Assembly (NCBI GenBank): GCA_963665845.2
Contig: OY762492.1
Coordinates: 2,112,001-2,176,000 of the forward strand
Source of the DNA: Candidatus Poribacteria bacterium
GTDB lineage: Bacteria; Poribacteria; WGA-4E; GCA-2687025
Direction: 5' to 3'
Length of the DNA: 64,000 bases
Numbering within the stretch: position 1 is the first letter of the stretch; every line of letters begins with the position of its first letter. The position numbers were made by a program, and so were the translations under genes. A model generated the notes under the pieces. The model made no database searches. It worked only from the letters and a program-made list of their open reading frames with translations, and had not been told where the DNA came from. This document shows, one piece after another, positions 57,300 to 64,000 of this stretch.

Positions 57300-57545
57300 C
57301 CTGTCCGCAACGAACAAAGTTTTTATTTATGGGAAAGGCTTCGCCAACCAGATCGTCATTCCCGCGCAAGCGGGAATCTTAAGGCATCGTCACAGCCGCC
57401 CCGCGCGGCTAAAACCCCCCCAGCCCCCCTTTTCAAGGGGGAGTTCAGAAATCCCGCGCAAGCGGGAATGCAGAGTTTTCCCAGACCGCGTCCGCATTCC
57501 AAAACGGAACCCTCTAAAATCAAAATCATCGTATAGAGAGACTGT
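57300..57545. repeat. Mosaic REP cluster
   Basis: Two ATTCCC/ATCCC..GGGAAT palindromes, a C/G-run hairpin and a CTCTAAAATCAAAATCATCGTATAGAGAGACT module. Confidence 0.85.
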
Positions 57546-57561
57546 CCGCTTCGCGCCTATA

Positions 57562-57590
57562 TTGACGCGCATTCAGCGATCCTTTACAAT
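57562..57590 (+). promoter_or_regulatory. Putative sigma70 promoter
   Basis: TTGACG-17 bp-TACAAT. Confidence 0.62.
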
Positions 57591-57609
57591 GCGTTGGAGA
57601 GGACATGAT

Positions 57610-58719
57610 ATGCTAAAGATTCGATTCGCCGCTTTTATGACAGCCGCCTCGCTGCTGCTCTGCGCAAGTATGCTGTCGGCGCATGCTGTCCTGCCCCTGC
57701 CGAAACCGAAAGAGGATGTTACGAAGCTGGACAAGCCGACCATCGCCTACCTTACGCCTGAAGGGTTTGAGATTCGCCTCATGGATTGGGACGGCGGGAA
57801 CGACCGACTCTGGATGGGCGACGGAAAGGCAAGGTTTTCAGGCAGCGCTTACTGGTCGCCCGACGGAAAGCGCGCCGCCGTGGTTGTGTACGACATCAAT
57901 GACGGGACATACACCACCTATCTGCTGGATCTGAGGACCGGCGGCGTCCAGAACCTGCTGGAATGGCTTCCTGAAGGCGGAGTGGGGCATCATTTCACAG
58001 ATCCCTTCTGGTCGCCCGACGGGAAATGGGTTGGAATTACCGAAGGATGGTACGTCACAGGCGTCGTCTTTGGGGCGAACATCTACAAGGTGAATGTCTA
58101 CAACGAAAAACATGTACAATTGACCGATTTTCCGTTTCGGAATCCGGCGTTTGGTACCCCGTCATGGTCTTCGGACGGTCAAAAAATCGTTTTCGGAATG
58201 CTGGACAAGCCGAGGTTGAGAGACGACGCAAAAGTCATCAACGATATCTATGTCATGAACGCCGACGGATCGAATATCGTCAATCTCACGAACCATCCAA
58301 AGGCGGATGCTTACCCGTCTTGGTCGCCGGACGGACAGAAGATCGGATTTGAAACCTTACGCGACGATCCACGCGACGCGGTATTGTACATGATGAACTC
58401 GGACGGATCCGGCGCGGAGCGTTTCATAGAGAACGGGAGCTATATCGGCCATTTATATTGGTCGCCCGATTCGAAATGGATCGTCTACTTCGGTGGGTCT
58501 ATTGATCCGAACGATCCAAAGCCGCTTGGCGTTTATCTGGCGCATGTCGCGGCGCGAAAGGAGAAGCTGATCAAGCCTGACGGCGATTCTCCGACATGGG
58601 TTTTGGCGGGCAAGAGCCGTTTTCTTTCCATCGATCTCTCCGGCAAGAAGCATGAGCAGTGGGGCGACATCAAGGAGACAGAGGCGGAGGCGCCGGAAGA
58701 GAACGCCTCTGAAGAATGA
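57610..58719 (+). CDS. Secreted TolB-like (PD40) beta-propeller with a C-terminal GK..QWG.IK motif
   Basis: Signal peptide ending AHA, repeated WSPDG, IYVMNADGS. Confidence 0.88.
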   Translation: MLKIRFAAFMTAASLLLCASMLSAHAVLPLPKPKEDVTKLDKPTIAYLTPEGFEIRLMDWDGGNDRLWMGDGKARFSGSAYWSPDGKRAAVVVYDINDGTYTTYLLDLRTGGVQNLLEWLPEGGVGHHFTDPFWSPDGKWVGITEGWYVTGVVFGANIYKVNVYNEKHVQLTDFPFRNPAFGTPSWSSDGQKIVFGMLDKPRLRDDAKVINDIYVMNADGSNIVNLTNHPKADAYPSWSPDGQKIGFETLRDDPRDAVLYMMNSDGSGAERFIENGSYIGHLYWSPDSKWIVYFGGSIDPNDPKPLGVYLAHVAARKEKLIKPDGDSPTWVLAGKSRFLSIDLSGKKHEQWGDIKETEAEAPEENASEE

Positions 58720-58854
58720 GCGGCGCACAATACGGCGGCTTGTCCGAAATGCGCGCGCGATTGTCGGCGGCGATCCATAGGGACGTTATTTCTTGCGCCG
58801 AGCCGCAAACGGCGCTATGCTTCCCAGAACGTTCAACGTTCAAGGAGCGGGCAT

Positions 58855-60609
58855 ATCGGGAATCTTCGCGCGCTGGCGCCTTATCTGCGGCGGTACAAAA
58901 AAGCGCTGATCGGAAGCGCCGCCTTTCTGATCTTCGGCGAACTCCTCGCGTTCTTCGCCACCATTCTTGTGCGCGACGCCATCGACAGCCTCAACCCTGA
59001 CATAGAGACGCTTTTCAGCGTCAAAACATACGCCGCGCTCATCCTTGGCGCCGCCTGCCTCCAATCAGGCTCCCGCTTCGTCTCCCGCTATATGATGGGA
59101 TGGAGCTCAAGCCGCATCGAATACGAGATGCGCAACCGGTTCTTTGAGCATCTTTTGACCTTAGACAACGCCTACTTCGCGCGTCAAAATGTAGGCGACC
59201 TGCTCGCCCGCGCGGTGAACGACCTGAACGCGGTGCGCAACATGCTCGGACGGACGCTCATGTTTGCCGCCTCCGCCGCGCTGCGTTTGCCGATCGGGCT
59301 GGCGTTTCTGTTCGTCATCGACTGGCGGCTCGCTCTTGCGTCGCTGGCGCCGTTTGCCGCGCTTCCGCCGGTGATGGCGCGCATGTCGACGCGCATCCAT
59401 ACCTTTTTTGAGCAGATACAGGAGCAGTTTGCGCAGATGAACTCCATGACGCGGGAGAGCTTCACAGGCGTTCGAATCGTGAAAGCGTATCTGCGCGAGG
59501 AGAGCGAATCGCGCCGTTTTTCCGAGATGAACGATGTGTATGTGAAACGCAACCAGCGGCTTATTCAATTCGAGTCGCTCATCTTTCCGATCATTCTGTT
59601 CATACCAGGTGTGAGCGCCGCGGTGTCGCTCTGGCTGGGCGGCTGGGGCGTCGCGTCGGACGCGATCACCTTCGGGCAGTTCACGCAGTTCAACTTCATT
59701 CTGATGATGCTCACCTTTCCGATGGCGATCTTCGGGTTCACATGGAGCGGGGCGCAGCGCGCCGCCGCCTCCATGGGACGGCTCAGCGAGATCTTGTCCG
59801 CAAGCCCGACAGTAACCGACGCCGAGCCGATGCCGCTGCCGGAACCGTCCATTCGGGGCGAGATCGCTTTCCGAAACCTCACCTTCCGATACGACGAGGA
59901 GGATGAACGACCGCCGGCGCTGCTAGATGTGAGCCTGCGCATACCGGCGGGGACGACGGCGGCGGTCGTCGGACCGACCGGCAGCGGCAAAAGCTCGCTT
60001 GTCAGCCTGATTCCGCGCCTGCGCCAGGCGGAGGAAGGCTCCGTTCTCATTGACGGGCGCGATGTGCGCTCCTATTCGCTTGAGCATCTGCGTTCGCATA
60101 TCGGTTTTGTTCAACAGGAGGCGTTTCTGTTTTCAGACAGCGTCGCCGACAACCTGCGCTTCGGCGACCCTGAAGCGGACCGGGAAGCGATGATAAACGC
60201 GGCGGAAACGGCGCATCTGCTTCAAGAAATCGAAGGCTTTGCGGACGGGTTCGACACGGAGCTGGGCGAGCGCGGCGCGACCGTCTCCGGCGGACAGCGG
60301 CAGCGAACCTCCATCGCCCGCGCGTTGCTGCGCAAGCCGCGCATACTCATTCTGGACGACGCCTTCGCCTCGGTCGACACGCACACCGAAGAGGCGATCC
60401 TGCATAACCTGCGCGGCGGGCTTGCCGACACAACGGTGGTCATGATCTCGCACCGCGTCTCGACGGTCAAGGACGCCGACAAGATCTTCGTCCTGGACGA
60501 AGGGCGTTTGGTCGAAGAAGGAACGCATGAGGAGCTGATCGCGCAGGGCGGTTTCTACGCCAACCTGCATGAAAAGCAACGGCTGCAGGATGAGCTGGCG
60601 GAGCTGTAA
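58855..60609 (+). CDS. ABC exporter, fused permease and ATPase (MsbA/MdlA-like); start uncertain
   Basis: GDLLARAVND, ESFTGVRIVK, GPTGSGKS, VSGGQRQR, ILDD. The frame is open upstream of GTG 58969 and encodes TM1. AAGGAG RBS precedes ATC 58855. Confidence 0.9.
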   Translation: MGNLRALAPYLRRYKKALIGSAAFLIFGELLAFFATILVRDAIDSLNPDIETLFSVKTYAALILGAACLQSGSRFVSRYMMGWSSSRIEYEMRNRFFEHLLTLDNAYFARQNVGDLLARAVNDLNAVRNMLGRTLMFAASAALRLPIGLAFLFVIDWRLALASLAPFAALPPVMARMSTRIHTFFEQIQEQFAQMNSMTRESFTGVRIVKAYLREESESRRFSEMNDVYVKRNQRLIQFESLIFPIILFIPGVSAAVSLWLGGWGVASDAITFGQFTQFNFILMMLTFPMAIFGFTWSGAQRAAASMGRLSEILSASPTVTDAEPMPLPEPSIRGEIAFRNLTFRYDEEDERPPALLDVSLRIPAGTTAAVVGPTGSGKSSLVSLIPRLRQAEEGSVLIDGRDVRSYSLEHLRSHIGFVQQEAFLFSDSVADNLRFGDPEADREAMINAAETAHLLQEIEGFADGFDTELGERGATVSGGQRQRTSIARALLRKPRILILDDAFASVDTHTEEAILHNLRGGLADTTVVMISHRVSTVKDADKIFVLDEGRLVEEGTHEELIAQGGFYANLHEKQRLQDELAEL

Positions 60610-60628
60610 AGCCGATCGGCGGCGCCTG

Positions 60629-61723
60629 TTATTCTTCAGCGGGGGCGTTCTCCTCCTTCGGCGGCTCCGCCTCTTTTATCTTGCCCCATTGCGAATGCTT
60701 TTTGCCCGCCGGATCAACGGAGAGGAAGCGGCTCTTGCCCGCCAACACCCAGGACGCGGATCCGACGTATGCGCCATGGGTGATGCGAACAATCTCCTTC
60801 GTATCCGCATGGACGCGGTAAAGATCAATGACGCCTTTATCCTCCATCCTAAACAGCAGCCATTTGCTGTCGGGAGACCATCTGTCTAAAGAGATCACCT
60901 GTTCATCCCGATCGAACACGAGCGGCTCCCAGTTCGTTCCGTCAGCGTTCATGACATGGATTTCTCTCTTATAAGTCTCCGTTCCGTCCGGCTGGGCGAC
61001 TCGCATGTTCACCCTGAACGCGATCCTTTTGCCGTCCGGCGACCATTCAGGCTTTCTTTCATGCAGGCGGGTGTTCGTGAGGTTCACAATGCCGCTTCCG
61101 TCGGCGTTCATGGAGTAGATTTCGTCCGGCGTAAGCGGGTTGTATTTCCCGTCCGGCGTGTCCTCTTCAGCATAGAACGCGATCTTCTTGCCGTCTCCGG
61201 AGACCGACGCCCAACCCTCAAGTTTCTCAGGCGATTTGGTGATATTGACGAGCGTCAGCTTTTCTAGATGAAGAATGTAGATGTCGGAAAGAGTTGAAAG
61301 ATCCGCAGTAGTGAAACCGCGGCATGCAAACTGCCTCCCGTTCGGGAACCACCAGGCGGCGGAATAGTAGATGCGGATGCCTTTCACCCTGAGCCGCTCC
61401 GTGATGTTCGTCATGCGCCCTGTTTCCAGATCCAGGATGTAATGCGTGTAGCCGTTTCCTACGAGCATGGAGGCGCGACGGCCGTCTCGACTCCATTGAG
61501 CAGGTAAATTGAAGTCGCCCTTGATCCAGAGCCGTTCGTTTTGTCCGTCCCAGTCGATCAGATACAGCCCTTCTGCGGCACGGTAACAGACGGTCGGTTT
61601 TGTCAGCTTCGTCACATCTTCGAGCGGCTCAAGATCGTTTCCGACAGCGGCGGCGGAGAGCAGAGCGAACAGGCTGATCGCCGCAAAAACAGCGCGCGGC
61701 TTTGAGAAATTAAAGAATGTCAT
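60629..61723 (-). CDS. Secreted TolB-like beta-propeller, paralog of 57610-58719
   Basis: Signal peptide, EDVTKL.KPT, WSPDG repeats, WVLAGKSRFLSVDPAGKKHSQWGKIK. Confidence 0.88.
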   Translation of the reverse strand: MTFFNFSKPRAVFAAISLFALLSAAAVGNDLEPLEDVTKLTKPTVCYRAAEGLYLIDWDGQNERLWIKGDFNLPAQWSRDGRRASMLVGNGYTHYILDLETGRMTNITERLRVKGIRIYYSAAWWFPNGRQFACRGFTTADLSTLSDIYILHLEKLTLVNITKSPEKLEGWASVSGDGKKIAFYAEEDTPDGKYNPLTPDEIYSMNADGSGIVNLTNTRLHERKPEWSPDGKRIAFRVNMRVAQPDGTETYKREIHVMNADGTNWEPLVFDRDEQVISLDRWSPDSKWLLFRMEDKGVIDLYRVHADTKEIVRITHGAYVGSASWVLAGKSRFLSVDPAGKKHSQWGKIKEAEPPKEENAPAEE

Positions 61724-61777
61724 GTCATGCTCCTTTCTGCAGAAGCGGGGCGTTCGCGCCGAACACGCATGTCTCGG

Positions 61778-64000
61778 CTAAGGCGCTTCATCCTCCGCCG
61801 CGCCGTCGTCCTGCGATCCGCCCGTTGACCCGCCCGTTGACCCGCTGAGGGCGCGGTAGTAGGCGCGTATGAGGCGGCGGAACCGGTCGGGCGTTTCGAT
61901 CTCGCTCATCTCGCGCATGGCGCCTTCAAACGTCTCGGCGATCTTGTCCCAGTCGTCCCGCTCCGCGCCTTCTTGACCGCCGAAGACGCGCTCCGCGACA
62001 GACGCTTTTCGGTTCTCGCCCTCCTGCCGCTTCTCTAGCGACTTGGCGCTCTCCAGCATGCGCGTCTCGATGCGCCGCATTCGTTCCAACACCTCTTGAT
62101 TCAGCTCGCCCGACTCGATGCGGCTCTGGACATCCTTCATCTCATCCCCGACGCCGCCGAGGCTCTCCGCCATTTGTCCGTACCGCTCCATCCGCTCCTC
62201 AAGCCGCTCAAACGCCTCCCGTATGAGAGACTGCTCAAACGCAAGCCGCTCCATCGTCTGCTGTCCGCTCGGCGTCTGCCCCTGTTCGCGCATCATCTGC
62301 TCAATCTGCTCCGCAAGGTCGTTCACGTCGCCCTGCCCCTCCGCCAGCTGCTGCAGCTGGTCAAGCATGCTCTGCGCGCCGGAGTTCTGCATCTGCGCGT
62401 TCAGCGCGTCCAGCGTTTTCAACATCGCCAGCGCCGCCGCGTTGACGCGCCCCATCGTTTCGCGCTGAATCGGGATCGCCATGTCCAGTTCGTTGTCGGC
62501 AAACGCGGCGGAGCTTCTTTCGGCGGCGTATTGGGCGTCCTGCAGTTTCCAGAACAGCTCCAGCGGTATCTGCGTCTCTTCGGAGCTGAGCGCCTGCAGC
62601 TCCTCGGCGACGGCGCCGACCCCGTCGGCAAGTATCTTTTCGTCCAGCGCCAGATCGTTGTAGTCGGCGGCGTAGGGACGAATGCGGCGCGCCTCCGCCG
62701 CCTGTTCAATCAGCGTTTCCTGATCGCTGGACAGGCTGATCGCCTGCCGAAGCGCGCCGCGCAGCGCTTTCAAGATCTCCTCGCCCCCCTCGCCGTCCAT
62801 ATACGCCAGCGCGTTGTCTAAGTCCTGCTCCATGCGGCGCAGTTCGCCCAGCGCCTCGGAGGCGGGGCTTTGCGCCTCCTGCGGCTTCGCCTCTTCAAGA
62901 CGCTCCTGCGCTTCCGACAGATTCGCCGACAGACCCCGCTCCTCCGCTTCGCGCATGGAGCGGCGTATATCCTCGGCGATCTCCTCGGTCGATTCCTCCT
63001 CCGCTAAGCCGTCCGCCGCTTTTGTCATCTGCGTCAACAGCTCTTTAGAGTCGTCCCCAATCTGCTGTTCCTGTTTTGCGAGCCGATCTGTCGTTTGCCG
63101 TTCCGTCTCTTGGTCGCCTTCGTTTTGGCGCGCCGCCTCTTCGGTTTGTTCAACCACCGTCTCTTGACGCTCCACAAGGTCTTCAGCCATGCGGCGCGCC
63201 TTCTCCAGCTCCTGTCGGGTCTGCATCTTTTCCAAGGCGCGTATCATCTGTTCGATCCGCTCCTCAAACTTTTGCTGGTCAAAATTTGCCGCCATCATCT
63301 GCTGCTGACGCTCTTCAAACGGGCGTTTTTCCAGCGCCTGCTGCAGCTTCTGCATCGCCGCTTTCAGCTCTTCGGTCGCCACCTGCTCCATGAGACGCTG
63401 CATTTCCGCCACCTTTTCCAGAGCTTCCATGCTCAACAGCTCGTTCTTTTCCGCCTCTTGGATCGTTTCCTGCATCTCTTCAACGAGACGCGCCCTGTCC
63501 TCCTCCACCTGATTCTGAAGCTCCAGCGCTTGCTGCAGCTCTTTTTCGTCCTGAAGCGTCAACTTCTTTTCGGCGCGCGACCGCTCAATGACGCCGTCGA
63601 CAAGGCTGTTCGCTTCCTCCTGCGCGTCCCGCATTGACTGCAGCAGATCCGCCTGCGTTTGACGGCTTTGCGAGACCGCGTTGAACATTTCCGCCATGGA
63701 CGGCAAGCGAATCGTCCGCGTCGGTGAGACAGCGCGTTTCGGTCCGTTCACCGTGTCGTTGTCGAACGCCTCGATGTAGTACGAAACGACATCGCCGGGG
63801 AACAGATCCAACGCGGACAAATCCCACAGATGCGAAGCGCGGACGATCGGCTCCGCCTTATCATAACGCCCCAGCGAAACCGTTCCGCTTGTCTCTCCGC
63901 GCGTGTACTGTAGACGTATGAGCGAGACGCCGAAATCGTCCGACGCTTCCGCTTCCAGCTGAACCGTCATCGTTCTGTCCAGGTCCGCGTTTTTTCCAGG
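61778..64000 (-). CDS. Large Gln/Glu-rich coiled-coil protein (DUF4175-like), truncated by the window edge
   Basis: ASDDFG, LFPGDVVSYYIEAFDND..GPK, long heptad repeats, C-terminal AYYRAL. Frame open to the window end. Confidence 0.8.
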   Translation of the reverse strand, partial: PGKNADLDRTMTVQLEAEASDDFGVSLIRLQYTRGETSGTVSLGRYDKAEPIVRASHLWDLSALDLFPGDVVSYYIEAFDNDTVNGPKRAVSPTRTIRLPSMAEMFNAVSQSRQTQADLLQSMRDAQEEANSLVDGVIERSRAEKKLTLQDEKELQQALELQNQVEEDRARLVEEMQETIQEAEKNELLSMEALEKVAEMQRLMEQVATEELKAAMQKLQQALEKRPFEERQQQMMAANFDQQKFEERIEQMIRALEKMQTRQELEKARRMAEDLVERQETVVEQTEEAARQNEGDQETERQTTDRLAKQEQQIGDDSKELLTQMTKAADGLAEEESTEEIAEDIRRSMREAEERGLSANLSEAQERLEEAKPQEAQSPASEALGELRRMEQDLDNALAYMDGEGGEEILKALRGALRQAISLSSDQETLIEQAAEARRIRPYAADYNDLALDEKILADGVGAVAEELQALSSEETQIPLELFWKLQDAQYAAERSSAAFADNELDMAIPIQRETMGRVNAAALAMLKTLDALNAQMQNSGAQSMLDQLQQLAEGQGDVNDLAEQIEQMMREQGQTPSGQQTMERLAFEQSLIREAFERLEERMERYGQMAESLGGVGDEMKDVQSRIESGELNQEVLERMRRIETRMLESAKSLEKRQEGENRKASVAERVFGGQEGAERDDWDKIAETFEGAMREMSEIETPDRFRRLIRAYYRALSGSTGGSTGGSQDDGAAEDEAP

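Noticed and set aside
58717-58860. Stop-codon read-through fusing the TolB-like protein to the ABC exporter (same frame)
   Set aside because: The paralog ends at the equivalent position, the intervening peptide looks non-coding, and a separate RBS exists at 58842.

Overview
GC-rich bacterial chromosome segment containing the probable replication origin. The dnaA-[oriC]-dnaN-recF block sits at about 28.4-33.1 kb. The origin shows DnaA boxes, a DnaA-trio array and an AT-rich unwinding tract, and genes mostly point away from it on both sides. Most of the window is housekeeping: split nadE, rsmI, yebC-ruvCAB-queA-yajC, nfo, thiC, pepP, ymdB-xseAB-ispA and ubiD-menG-ubiX. Secreted repeat proteins (WD40, LamG, two TolB-like propellers, BNR), lipoproteins and a FadL-like barrel indicate a diderm cell. 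The gene repertoire and a shared C-terminal 'GK...WG.[IL]K' motif resemble Ca. Poribacteria, but this is inferred from memory and not verified. Nearly every intergenic gap holds a mosaic of REP/MITE-like palindromic modules. I found no rRNA, tRNA, CRISPR array, transposase or integrase. Top candidates for novelty: (1) a 1319-aa fusion of an intact Ser/Thr kinase to a complete Dna2-like Fe-S nuclease-SF1 helicase, coupled to a small membrane protein; (2) a putative C-terminal sorting signal on three secreted proteins from two unrelated folds; (3) a beta-clamp with a roughly 70-aa acidic insertion and an altered peptide-binding pocket; (4) a GH32 protein lacking its catalytic Glu; (5) an ABC exporter that appears to start at ATC.
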